A stretch of DNA of 64,000 nt from Glycomyces tenuis DSM 44171 (lineage in GTDB: Bacteria; Actinomycetota; Actinomycetes; Mycobacteriales; Micromonosporaceae). A program made the position numbers and the translations under genes. Below are positions 19,285 through 28,495 of this stretch, one piece after another. The notes under the pieces are model-generated. The model did not search any database. It was not told the DNA's origin and saw nothing but the letters and a program-made list of their open reading frames with translations. Positions within the stretch are counted from its first letter, which is position 1. The number at the start of each line of letters is the position of its first letter. The DNA lies in contig NZ_ATYW01000001.1 of NCBI RefSeq assembly GCF_000427885.1, forward strand, positions 147 through 64,146. The letters are read 5' to 3'.

Positions 19285-22200
19285 CTACCGGGACCTTTGC
19301 TGCAATGCCGATTCGATGCCGCCGACCCGGTCGGACAGCAAGGTGATGGCCCCGACAGCCCTCGACATAGGATCGTCGTCGCCCCCGCCGAGCGTCTGCT
19401 CGCGACGGAACGCCTCCTTGACCGCCTCCCAACGGGCCCGCTGCTCCTCGGTCAAGCGGTCCCGCAGCTCCGCCAGTTTGAGCAGGTTCGCCTCGGCGCC
19501 GGAGGCCAGCGTCTGCGCCTCGCCCGCGTAGTGGTCGTCGATGAGCGCCTCGAGCTCCTCGTCGTTCATGACCGGAACCACCCGTTCGGTGAGTCGGTTC
19601 ATGTTGCGGTAGGAGCCCTGGAGCAGGAACGGCGGCTCGGTGCGGGCGGCGTCGTCCATCGCGGCGGACGCGATGTACGCGAGGTTGTTCCGCAGCACGG
19701 TCTGCTGGACGCGGACGAGTTTGCGCAGCACGGAGAGGATCTGGTCGAGCTCCCCGGCCGCGTAGGCGTGTTGCAGGGCGTCGGGCGCGGCCGTCGGGTC
19801 GTCGGACGCCAGGCGGATGAGCAGCCGGATGTCGTCCCGGTCGCGCCCGGCCAGCGGGGCGAGCACGCTGTTCGAGGTCAGCGCGTTCTCGATGTAGGAC
19901 TGGGCGAAGACCGCGTCGCGTCCGGACAGGACGTCGCCGAGGTTCCACACGTCGGCGCGGTTGGCGAGCATGTCGGGGATGCGGAACCGCTGCCCGGCCT
20001 CGGTGTACGGGTTGCCGGCCATGCAGACTGCGAAGCGCTTCCCGCGCAGGTCGTAGGTGCGGGTGCGGCCTCTCCAGACGCCCTCCATCTTGCGCTGGGC
20101 GTCGCACAGCGAGATGAACTTCTGGAGCAGCTCGGGGTTGGTGTGCTGGATGTCGTCCAGGTAGAGCAGGACGTTGTTGCCGCATTCGAGCGCGAAGTTG
20201 ATCTTCTCGACCTCTTGGCGGGCGGTCGCGTTCGGCGCGTCGGCCGGGTCGACCGAGACGGTCTCGTAGCCGAGCGCGGGCCCGTTGACCTTGACCAGGA
20301 GCATCCCGAGCCGGTCGGCGACGTACTCCATGAGCGTGGTCTTGCCGTAGCCGGGCGGGGAGATGAGCATGAGCATGCCGGACTGGTCGGTGCGGCGCGC
20401 GTCCCCGGAGCCGGCGCCGATCTGCTTGGCGAGGTTGGAGCCGATGAGCGGCAGGTAGACCTCGTCGATGAGCTGGTTGCGCACGAAGCCGGCCATGACC
20501 TTCGGCTTGAACTCCTCGACGCGCAGCTCGCGCTTGTGGGCCTCGATGATCTCGCCGCGGCGGCGCTGGTAGGCGCGGTAGCCGGGCATGGTCCGCGCCG
20601 CGAACCGGGAAGTGCGCGCGAGGAACTCGTCCAAGCGGATCCGCAGCGCGCGGTTCTCGATGCGCGGATGGACGCCGAGCAGGCCGGCGACCTCGGAGGC
20701 CAGTTCGGCGGTGACGTCGTACGAGTCGGCCTCGGCCAGGAGCGTCGCGAGCGCCTCGGGCAGGTCCGCGGCGTCGAAGCGCTCGTCCTCGGTCCTGCGC
20801 AGGAAGGCGTCGAGCCAGTTCCAGGCCAGGCCCCACTGGGAGTACAGGTCGCCGTCGAGGGCCAGCAGGTCGTCCTCGAACGCGGCCTTCGCGGCCGGGC
20901 CGATCTGCCGCTCGAACGCGGCGAGCAGCTCGCGGGCGCGCCCGGAGGCGGCGAACGCTCCGGTGGCGGCGAGCTCCTCGGCGAGGTACTCGGCGGCGAG
21001 CTCGGTCTGCGGTTCGAGTTTGAAGCTGAAGTGGAGCGACAGCCGCGAGCCGTCGAGGAACGGCCCGAGCTCGCTTTCGAGCTCGGCGACGAGCCCGGCC
21101 ATCGCGTCGGGGCGCCCGAAGGTCTCGCGGACCCGCGCCAGCGACCTGGCCTGGGCGGCGAGGCGCTCCCGGTCCTCCTTGTCGACGCCGTGGACCCAGT
21201 ACAGGCGCGCTGCGGCCCGGCACGCGGGCGTGTAGCGCAGCGTCCCGGCCGCGGCGTGCAGCCGCAGGACCTCGGCGAGGATCGCGGCGGCGTCGGCGTC
21301 GTGGACGCCCCTCTCGTAGCCCTCGTCGTAGCGTTCGGCCGCCGCCGCGGAGACGAAGCGGGGCAGGTCCTCCTCGGCGAGGAGCTTCGCGGCGCCGTGC
21401 TCGGCCAGCAGTGAGGCGGCCAGGTGCTCGGCCCGGTAGACCTCGGCGTTCTCCGAGGCCAGTGACTGGTTCCAGTACCGCTTCGTGTCGGCGAAGGCCG
21501 GGTCGTCGACGACGTGGCGGTAGTCGGTGCCGGTGAGCGAGAACGCGAGTGCCTCTCCCGACGGCACCAGTGTGAGGTCCAGCGGCTGCGTGTTGACCGG
21601 GATGCGGTGCTCGCCGAAGCGGATCGCGTCCCCGTCGTACAGGTCGAGCTGGTCCTGGAGCGCCCGGCCCGCCTCTTGGCGGGTGGCCTGGATGCGGCCC
21701 TCGATCTCCTCGGCGCGGACGGTGTCGTCGAGTTCGCGCAGTTCGGCGACGACGCGCCTCAGCCGCTCGATCATCGGGTCGGTCGCGAAGTAGGTGTTGA
21801 CCTCGTCCAGGGAGGACAGCGAGGCGCTGCGGCGGGCGACCGCTTCGAGGATGCGGTCGGCCGAGGCGGCGAGCCGCTCGGCGCGCCGGGCGGCCTCGTC
21901 GAGCAGGTTCTGCTTGCGCGAGGAGAACGCCTCGTAGACGTCGGTGCGCTTGTCGGCCAACTGGGCGAGGAAGTCGTCGAAGTCGGCGAAGCGGGTCTCG
22001 AGGTTCTCGACGGTCAGCAGCAGGCGCCCGAGCTGCTCGTCGCAGTCGGCGGGCGTGTTCGCGGCGGCGAGCGCGGCGGTGACGGCCTGTCCGAGCAGGG
22101 CGTACTCGGCGGCGAACTCGGCCCGGCCCTCGCCGACGGACAGCTCGCGGCGGCGGGCGGCGAGGGTGGCGCGGGTGCGGTTGACGGCGGCCAGGACCTC

Positions 22201-24225
22201 CGAGACGCGCCCGAGGATGGCGGTGCGGACGGTCGCGTCGCCGATCTCCAGAGTGGAGACGACCTCGGTGAGGGTCTCCAGGCCGTGCTGGCGGGCGTCG
22301 AGGTCCTCGACCAGCGGGGCGGACCCGGCGACGGTCTCGATGCGTTCGGCCTTGTGCTCGAGCTCGCCGATCTCGGCGAAGTAGGGCGCGAAGGCGTCCT
22401 CGCGTTCGAGGAAGGCGACGGCCCGCCTGCCGGTGCCGTCGAGGCATTCGCCCAGCTCGGCCTCCATGCCGTCGATGCGCTCGGTGTCGACGTAGCGGAG
22501 GTCGCGGAGGGTGACCAGGTGGCCTTGGGCGCCGCGCAGTTCGGTGAGCAGCCCGACCCACTGCTCGGCGGACTTCGGGGCCTCGCCGCGGGCGCGGCGC
22601 AGGAGCTTCAGCGTGTCGGTCTCGGCCTGCGCCAGGGCCTTGCCGGCCTCGGCGGTCAGCTCGGCGACGGTGGCGTACTCGTCGAGGACGGCCTCGGCGG
22701 TGTCGCGGACGCTGCGCAGCGTCTCGTCGAGCGCGAACAGGCCCTCGTCGCCGAGCCACGGGTAGTCGTCGAGGCAGCGGGTGGCGGCGGCGATGAGCGC
22801 CTCGAACACGGCCTGGCCGGGCCGCATCTCGCGGACCATGCGCGCCACCGAGAGCGCGTCGGAGACGGCGCGGACGGCCTCGGCGTTGCCGATGCGGTGG
22901 ATCGGGGTGTCGCCGCTCTCGTGGGCGGCGGCGTGGGCCTCGGAGACGAAGGGCGTCTCCCACACCTGCATGGGGTGGACGCGGGTGGCCTCGTCGCCGG
23001 TGAAGCGGAAGGCGAGCAGGGTGCCGTCGTCGAAGATCGAGTAGCCGTGGACGGTCATCGGCGCGGCGACTTCCTTGCGGATGACGTTGTACGGCAGCAG
23101 GAGCGAGCGGCCCTCGGATTCGTGGTAGAAGACGAAGAGGACGTCTTCGCCGTTGGGGGAGCGGATCACGCGCTTGAAGCGCAGGTCCGTGGTGTCGTGG
23201 TCGAAGGTCTTGAGCTTGCCCTCGTTGAGGTAGTAGCCGCCGGGGAAGATGATGCCGTGGTCTTCGGGCAGGCGGCGGCAGGCCGCGCCGACGGCGTCGG
23301 CGCGCTGGACCTCGCCGGTGCGGCGGTTGTAGATCAGGTAGCGGGTCTGCGTCTCCTTGTAGGGCAGGATCCGCAGCAGGATCAGCGGCCCGACGCGGGC
23401 GTAGGCGATCGAGGCGTCGGCCAGCGACTGGAGGGGCTCGGCGACGGGCTCGGAGAAGATGCCCTCGCCGGTCTCGGTGTTGTCCTCGACCTTGACGGTG
23501 AGCGTGCCGCCGGTGCACTCGACGAAGATCTCGTCCTCGATGGACACGTGCGGGTGGCGGCCGGTGACGTGGTCGTCCCGGCTGGTCTCGACCCACTCGA
23601 AGTCGTACGGCTCGGGCCAGACGTTGTCGGCCTCGCCGCGGGCGTCCAGGTACTCGGCGGTGCCGTCGGGGCGCAGCTGCCAGCGCAGGACGCGCTGGTC
23701 GGCGAGGTTCTCGCCGATGCGGAAGACCGCGAGCAGGCGGGTGTCGACCTGGCGCACCTGGAGCAGCTCGGTCGAGCGGTAGTACCGGTACATCTCGGTG
23801 AAGTCGGCGGTGAAGCGCGCGTCGTCGAGGACGTGCCCGGCCTGCTCGACCTCGGCGAAGGAGAACTTGCCGTCCTCGGCGGCGAACTCGTGGAGGGCGA
23901 AGACGTCGCCCACGTCGGTGTGGGACTTGAGGCCCATGTGGACGTTGTAGCCGAAGAGGAGGTGCCCGCCGACCTGCACCATGTCGCGCGGGACGCAGTT
24001 GTTGGCGGTGCGGATGCGGGTGGTGCCCGCGAGGCGCAGCTCGGTCGAGCCGAAGGCCTCGGTGCGGGCGGCGTTGAGCGTCTCGGCGCGGCCGGTCAGC
24101 TCGGTGGCGAAGTCGGCGAGGCGGGTCGACAGGACTTCATAGGTGCCGACGTCAAGGGCACTGTCGGGGGTGCTCGCTGCGCCGTCGCCGGCGGCGTCGG
24201 GTGCGGCGGTGTTCTCTTCGGCCAT
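19285..24225 (-). CDS. Giant (1646-aa) protein with a C-terminal AAA+ ATPase domain (AAA_5/dynein/MoxR-like)
   Basis: RBS GAGGGA. Long helical N-terminal region. Walker A LISPPGYGKTTLMEYV, Walker B NVLLYLDDIQHTNPELL, and an Arg-finger-like FAVCMAGNPY at about residue 1180-1300. Immediately downstream of flotillin. Confidence 0.8.
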   Translation of the reverse strand: MAEENTAAPDAAGDGAASTPDSALDVGTYEVLSTRLADFATELTGRAETLNAARTEAFGSTELRLAGTTRIRTANNCVPRDMVQVGGHLLFGYNVHMGLKSHTDVGDVFALHEFAAEDGKFSFAEVEQAGHVLDDARFTADFTEMYRYYRSTELLQVRQVDTRLLAVFRIGENLADQRVLRWQLRPDGTAEYLDARGEADNVWPEPYDFEWVETSRDDHVTGRHPHVSIEDEIFVECTGGTLTVKVEDNTETGEGIFSEPVAEPLQSLADASIAYARVGPLILLRILPYKETQTRYLIYNRRTGEVQRADAVGAACRRLPEDHGIIFPGGYYLNEGKLKTFDHDTTDLRFKRVIRSPNGEDVLFVFYHESEGRSLLLPYNVIRKEVAAPMTVHGYSIFDDGTLLAFRFTGDEATRVHPMQVWETPFVSEAHAAAHESGDTPIHRIGNAEAVRAVSDALSVARMVREMRPGQAVFEALIAAATRCLDDYPWLGDEGLFALDETLRSVRDTAEAVLDEYATVAELTAEAGKALAQAETDTLKLLRRARGEAPKSAEQWVGLLTELRGAQGHLVTLRDLRYVDTERIDGMEAELGECLDGTGRRAVAFLEREDAFAPYFAEIGELEHKAERIETVAGSAPLVEDLDARQHGLETLTEVVSTLEIGDATVRTAILGRVSEVLAAVNRTRATLAARRRELSVGEGRAEFAAEYALLGQAVTAALAAANTPADCDEQLGRLLLTVENLETRFADFDDFLAQLADKRTDVYEAFSSRKQNLLDEAARRAERLAASADRILEAVARRSASLSSLDEVNTYFATDPMIERLRRVVAELRELDDTVRAEEIEGRIQATRQEAGRALQDQLDLYDGDAIRFGEHRIPVNTQPLDLTLVPSGEALAFSLTGTDYRHVVDDPAFADTKRYWNQSLASENAEVYRAEHLAASLLAEHGAAKLLAEEDLPRFVSAAAAERYDEGYERGVHDADAAAILAEVLRLHAAAGTLRYTPACRAAARLYWVHGVDKEDRERLAAQARSLARVRETFGRPDAMAGLVAELESELGPFLDGSRLSLHFSFKLEPQTELAAEYLAEELAATGAFAASGRARELLAAFERQIGPAAKAAFEDDLLALDGDLYSQWGLAWNWLDAFLRRTEDERFDAADLPEALATLLAEADSYDVTAELASEVAGLLGVHPRIENRALRIRLDEFLARTSRFAARTMPGYRAYQRRRGEIIEAHKRELRVEEFKPKVMAGFVRNQLIDEVYLPLIGSNLAKQIGAGSGDARRTDQSGMLMLISPPGYGKTTLMEYVADRLGMLLVKVNGPALGYETVSVDPADAPNATARQEVEKINFALECGNNVLLYLDDIQHTNPELLQKFISLCDAQRKMEGVWRGRTRTYDLRGKRFAVCMAGNPYTEAGQRFRIPDMLANRADVWNLGDVLSGRDAVFAQSYIENALTSNSVLAPLAGRDRDDIRLLIRLASDDPTAAPDALQHAYAAGELDQILSVLRKLVRVQQTVLRNNLAYIASAAMDDAARTEPPFLLQGSYRNMNRLTERVVPVMNDEELEALIDDHYAGEAQTLASGAEANLLKLAELRDRLTEEQRARWEAVKEAFRREQTLGGGDDDPMSRAVGAITLLSDRVGGIESALQQRSR

Positions 24226-24323
24226 GGTCGTCCCTCTACGGTTCTGCGGTAACCACGAGTCTCGTCTCGGAAGGCGCGGGGCCGCCGCACGGGATCGGCG
24301 ATCCCGTGCGGCGGCCCGGGGGC

Positions 24324-26393
24324 CTATCGTGCGGTCATCTCGACGGCCGGGCGCTCGGCGACGCCGAGCTCCTTGGCCTTGACGAGCAGGCCGTCCAGCA
24401 TGTCGCGGTCACCGCCGCCGCCCTGGATGAGCTTGAGCAGCGCGGCCGAGACGGTCAGGTTCTTGATGTCCTCGGTGCCGACGGCGGACAGGACGCTCTT
24501 GAGGTCCTCGGAGAACGAGGTGCTCCCGTTCGCCCAGGTGGCGGCGATCGAGGAGGCCACGTCGGAGTGCTCGACGAAGCCGTCGACGGCCTTGCCGTAG
24601 CCGATCGCGCCGACCACCCGGTCGAAGAACTGGGTGTCGCCGCCGACCAGCGAGATGTCGGCCTTCGAGAGCCCGGCGGCGATGATGGAGGCCTGCTGCT
24701 CGGCGATGGCGCGCCGCGCCTCGATCTCGGCGCCGCGCAGCTCCTTCTCCATCTCGAGCCGCAGGCGGTACTCCTCGTGCGCCTGGGAGGCGGTGGAGAG
24801 GGCGTCCATCGCGGCGGCCTTCTCGGTCAGGCCCGCCGACTCGGCGACGAGCTTCTCGCGCAGGGCGTCGGCCTCGGCCGTGCCCTTCGCGGCGGTCGCG
24901 TCGGCCTCGGCCTTGCCGATCGCGGAGTAGGCCTCGGCCTCGGCCCTGCCCTTCGCCTCGGCGGCCTTGGCCTCGGCCAGCCCGCCCTTCTCGATCGCGT
25001 CGGCCTCGGCCTCGCGGACCTGCACCTCGGCCAGGCCGGGCGCGGCGGCCAGGGCCTTGTCGCCCTCGGCCTGGCGGATCTTGGCGGCGGCCTCCATCTC
25101 GGCGGCCTGCTGGGCGGCCTCGGCCTCGGTCAGGCGCTGGCGCGCGAGGTGCTTGGACGCGGCCTCGGCGGCCTCGGCGGCCTTGATGTCCTTGACCAGG
25201 TTCTCCTGGGCCTCGGCCTCGGCGAGGATGATGACCTTCTGGCGCTCGCGCTCGGCCTCTTCGGTGGCCCTCAGGCGCTTGATGCCCTCTTCCTGCTCGG
25301 CGACGGTCTTCTCGACGGCGATGCGCTCGCGGATGACGTCGGCGATGTCGCGCTTCTGGGCCTCGAGCTCCTTGTTCGCGGCGATGCGGGCCAGTTCCTC
25401 TTCGCGCTCGCGGGCGACGACCTCGAGGATGCGGTCCTTCTCGATCCGCTCGGACTCGACGGCGATGACGCGCTCGCGGTTCTTCTCGGCGACGGCGATC
25501 TCGCGCAGGCGGTTCTCGTGCTGGATCCCGGTGGCCTCTTCGGTCTTGATGCGCGCGGTCTCGGACTTGAGGCGCTCCTCGGACTGGACCTTCTGGATCT
25601 CGGCGCTCTCGCGGGCCCGGAGGGTCTCGATCTCGCGCTGCTGGCGGATCTCGGCCTCCTCTTGGCGGCGCTCGAGCTCGAGCACGGCCTCGCGGGCCTC
25701 GACGTCCTGGCGCTTGATCTCCTTCTCCTCGTGGCGCCGGTACTCGTTGGTGGTGACCGCCTCTTTGGCGGTCAGCTCGGTGATCTTGCGGATGCCCTGC
25801 GCGTCGAGGATGTTCTGCGGGTCGAGCACCGTCATCGGCGTCTGCTCGAGGTAGTCGATGGCGGCGTCCTCGAGCGAGTAGCCGTTGAGGTCGGTGCCGA
25901 TGACGTGGATGATGCGGTCGCGGAACTCGTCGCGGTTGGTGTAGAGGTCGGTGAAGTCGAGCTGCTTGCCGACGGTCTTGAGCGCCTCGGAGAACTTGGC
26001 GTTGAACAGCTCCTGAAGCGTCTCCTGGTCGGAGGCGCGCTTGGTGCCGATCGAGTTGGCGACGTTGCGGACGTCGTCGGCGGTGGCGTTGACGCGCACG
26101 AAGAACGTGATCGAGATGTCGGCGCGGATGTTGTCCTGGCAGATCAGGCCGTCTTTGCCGTTCCGGTTGATCTCGATGGTCTTGACCGAGATGTCCATGT
26201 ACTCGGCCTTGTGGATGATCGGCAGGACCAGCGCCGAGGTGAAGGACACCTTGCGGGTGCGCAGCTTGGTGACGACCAGGGCTTGACCGGGGGCCACCTT
26301 CCGGTAGAGCCGGACGATCATGAGCAGCAGGCCCACGAAGATGACCGCGGCCACTACGAGCGTGACCAGTGTCGCCGAGTTGGCAGTGTCCAT
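24324..26393 (-). CDS. Flotillin-family (SPFH/band-7) protein
   Basis: N-terminal TM segment, SPFH domain (ALVLPIIHKAEYMDISVKTIEINR...), then a very long Glu/Ala-rich coiled-coil (EA repeats) and a flotillin C-terminus. RBS AAGGAA. TAG stop. Confidence 0.9.
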   Translation of the reverse strand: MDTANSATLVTLVVAAVIFVGLLLMIVRLYRKVAPGQALVVTKLRTRKVSFTSALVLPIIHKAEYMDISVKTIEINRNGKDGLICQDNIRADISITFFVRVNATADDVRNVANSIGTKRASDQETLQELFNAKFSEALKTVGKQLDFTDLYTNRDEFRDRIIHVIGTDLNGYSLEDAAIDYLEQTPMTVLDPQNILDAQGIRKITELTAKEAVTTNEYRRHEEKEIKRQDVEAREAVLELERRQEEAEIRQQREIETLRARESAEIQKVQSEERLKSETARIKTEEATGIQHENRLREIAVAEKNRERVIAVESERIEKDRILEVVAREREEELARIAANKELEAQKRDIADVIRERIAVEKTVAEQEEGIKRLRATEEAERERQKVIILAEAEAQENLVKDIKAAEAAEAASKHLARQRLTEAEAAQQAAEMEAAAKIRQAEGDKALAAAPGLAEVQVREAEADAIEKGGLAEAKAAEAKGRAEAEAYSAIGKAEADATAAKGTAEADALREKLVAESAGLTEKAAAMDALSTASQAHEEYRLRLEMEKELRGAEIEARRAIAEQQASIIAAGLSKADISLVGGDTQFFDRVVGAIGYGKAVDGFVEHSDVASSIAATWANGSTSFSEDLKSVLSAVGTEDIKNLTVSAALLKLIQGGGGDRDMLDGLLVKAKELGVAERPAVEMTAR

Positions 26394-26540
26394 GGTGGTT
26401 CCTTATTGAGACTTCGGGGGGGACGGGATTTCAGGGGCTTGGGTTCGGGCGTCTTCACACATTACTGAGCGTTGTCAACTCACGGGGTACGGGCGCTCGC
26501 CGGATCCCGCCTTTCGGTACTCCGGCCGTGCGAGCGGGCG

Positions 26541-27095
26541 TCAGAGCGTGCGGCGCCGCGAAGCGGCACGCCGGATGCCCTCGAGCCGGGACCGAGCGTC
26601 GCGGCGCCGCCTGTTCCGACGGCGTTCGACCTCCAAGTCCCTTTTCCACTGCGGCCACCGCTCCCAGTTGCGGCGGCGCTCGGCCATGCCGATGAGCGCG
26701 GTCAGCAGCGCCGGGATCCAGGGAAGCCACAGCGGGCGCAGCAGCAGCGAGGCCGAGACGGGTCCGCCACCGGCCTCGGCGTGGTCGGCCACCGCCGACC
26801 ACGCCCCGATCAGCATGAACACGGCGAACACGATCACGAACGCCGGGAAGGTGGCGGAGGACCACACCACCGTCTCGCGGCCGCGCCGTTCCAGACGCCG
26901 CTCGACCGCGGCCTCGTGCTCCTCGACGTCGCGCTGGAATCGCTCGGCGCGCTCGACCTCGGCGTGGGCGGGCAGCTCGGGGCCGGGGTCGATCTTGGCC
27001 CAGACGAGCACCGCGAGGAGCAGCGCGGCGGCGAGGATGAGCGCGCACCCGCCGAGGAGGGCCAGCGCCGCCAGCAGCGCGATTCCCGCCGACAT
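26541..27095 (-). CDS. Hypothetical membrane protein (2-3 TM), flotillin-operon member
   Basis: MSAGIALLAALALLGGCALILAAALLLAVLVWAKI..., central TM FPAFVIVFAVFMLIGAW, Arg-rich C-terminus. ATG overlaps the stop of the upstream small ORF (TGATG). Confidence 0.55.
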   Translation of the reverse strand: MSAGIALLAALALLGGCALILAAALLLAVLVWAKIDPGPELPAHAEVERAERFQRDVEEHEAAVERRLERRGRETVVWSSATFPAFVIVFAVFMLIGAWSAVADHAEAGGGPVSASLLLRPLWLPWIPALLTALIGMAERRRNWERWPQWKRDLEVERRRNRRRRDARSRLEGIRRAASRRRTL

Positions 27096-27244
27096 CAGTC
27101 GCGGTCCCGGTCAGCCGACCGCCTCGACCTGCCGCGCCAGCCCAGCAGCACCGCGACCGCGACGATGAGCACCCCGACCGCGCCGGTCAGCGCCCACGCC
27201 GCGAACACGAGCCCCCAGCCCGGGATTTCAAACCACTCGCCCAC
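27095..27244 (-). CDS. Small (49-aa) single-TM protein, not in the ORF track
   Basis: RBS GGAGGG plus GTG: VGEWFEIPGWGLVFAAWALTGAVGVLIVAVAVLLGWRGRSRRSADRDRD. Stop/start coupled (TGATG) to the next gene. Confidence 0.35.
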   Translation of the reverse strand: MGEWFEIPGWGLVFAAWALTGAVGVLIVAVAVLLGWRGRSRRSADRDRD

Positions 27245-27548
27245 GCTGCCCTCCGCGCGACCGCGCTGTTCTTCCGGCTCGGTCGAGCCGTCCGACTCCT
27301 TGACGCCCGACGCGGCGCGCCTCGGGCCCGAACTCGGTGCCGGTGAGCGCGCCGCCGACGCTCACGGTGACGGCGACCTCGCCCTCCTCGGACTCGACGC
27401 GGACGCTGACCTCCGCGATCTTCTCCTGCATGTCGTCCGCTCGGCTTCGCATGGTGGCCATGCGCTGCTCGAAATCGCGCATGCGGCCTTCGTGATCCGC
27501 CAAGATCGAGGGTCTCCCGGCGCTCTGACGCTGTTCTTCACGGACCAT
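27228..27548 (-). CDS. Hypothetical protein with weak YbaB/EbfC-like core
   Basis: ...DMQEKIAEVSVRVESEEGEVAVTVSVGGALTGTEFGPEA... matches the YbaB pattern Q-x-K-(I/M)...EV.G.S.GG.V.V.V.G. The C-terminal 25 aa are Arg/Gly-rich and overlap the small TM ORF, so a frameshift is possible. Confidence 0.4.
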   Translation of the reverse strand: MVREEQRQSAGRPSILADHEGRMRDFEQRMATMRSRADDMQEKIAEVSVRVESEEGEVAVTVSVGGALTGTEFGPEARRVGRQGVGRLDRAGRTARSRGGQRGRVV

Positions 27549-27624
27549 TTGCGCTTCTTGTGAGGGAGTGGGATGGTTGGGCCGAGCCAGTGCATCGACG
27601 AGACGCCAAGACGCCTGGGGCCGT

Positions 27625-28290
27625 TCACGGCACGTCGAGACTGACCTCGGGCGGCATCGCGACCGGCACGACGAGGAAGACCTTGGCGCTCTCGTCGTAG
27701 TCGAAGATCACGAGCTTCGAGTGACGCGAGAACAGCTCGTCGTCGATGCCGTCGGGTTCGTGGACGGAGCGCCGCACGTTGATGAGGTGGATCGTGCCGT
27801 CCTCTTCGGCCAGTTCGGCCTGGCCGGTGTCGGTGGTGACGGTGCCGGTCCTGACGACGCAGACCTTGCCGATCAGGTCGCGGTGGGCCGTGGCGGGCGC
27901 ATCGGCGAAGATCTTGGACAGCGGCCCGGACAGCAGCTTCGCGCCCAGCATGCCGACCCCGATCCCGGCCACGAGCATGGCGACGCCGGAGACCGCCGCG
28001 GGGACGACCATGTCGGCGCTGCGCACCCACGTGGTGCCGAGCACGGTCACTATCCAGCCCAATGTGATCCACAGCGAGAGCACCACTGTGAACGGCACTT
28101 CGCCGAACCCGAACGCCGACCAGAAGGAGCCGCCCGTCTCCACTTCGGCGTCGACGTCGGCCCCGAAGGGGACGACGTCGACGTCCAATGCGCCCAGGAT
28201 GACGACGATCCAGTACAGGAAGACCGCGATGAGACCGAAGGAGAACACGATCGCAGGAAACGACAGGGCTACTTCCAGGAACTCGGTCAT
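27625..28290 (-). CDS. NfeD/YqiJ-like membrane protein with C-terminal OB-fold
   Basis: MTEFLEVALSFPAIVFSFGLIAVFLYWIVVILGAL (TMs) ... GKVCVVRTGTVTTDTGQAELAEEDGTIHLINVR (NfeD-type OB-fold). First gene of the flotillin supra-operon. Confidence 0.6.
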   Translation of the reverse strand: MTEFLEVALSFPAIVFSFGLIAVFLYWIVVILGALDVDVVPFGADVDAEVETGGSFWSAFGFGEVPFTVVLSLWITLGWIVTVLGTTWVRSADMVVPAAVSGVAMLVAGIGVGMLGAKLLSGPLSKIFADAPATAHRDLIGKVCVVRTGTVTTDTGQAELAEEDGTIHLINVRRSVHEPDGIDDELFSRHSKLVIFDYDESAKVFLVVPVAMPPEVSLDVP

Positions 28291-28495
28291 GGGTCTTCGG
28301 GTCCTTGTCTTCCGCTCGCGTGGGCGCTTGTGCGAACGGCGTACGGCGGGCGGGCGGCACAGTCCGGTCAACAAGATTCGGGTCTGCATTCAGATTAATG
28401 CACGCGGGCACTCGGCGGTAGGTTGCTCCGAGCCGACTATCCTGTGACCGGTCGAACAGCCCTCGCAGGCCGGGGGCGACCCGAGAGGAGGTCCG

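Noticed and set aside
19214-24252. Very long ORFs (1460 aa minus-strand alternate frame; 912 and 705 aa plus-strand) overlapping the giant ATPase gene
   Set aside because: Pro/Arg/Gly-dominated low-complexity translations. Only the 19285..24225 frame has protein-like composition and Walker motifs.
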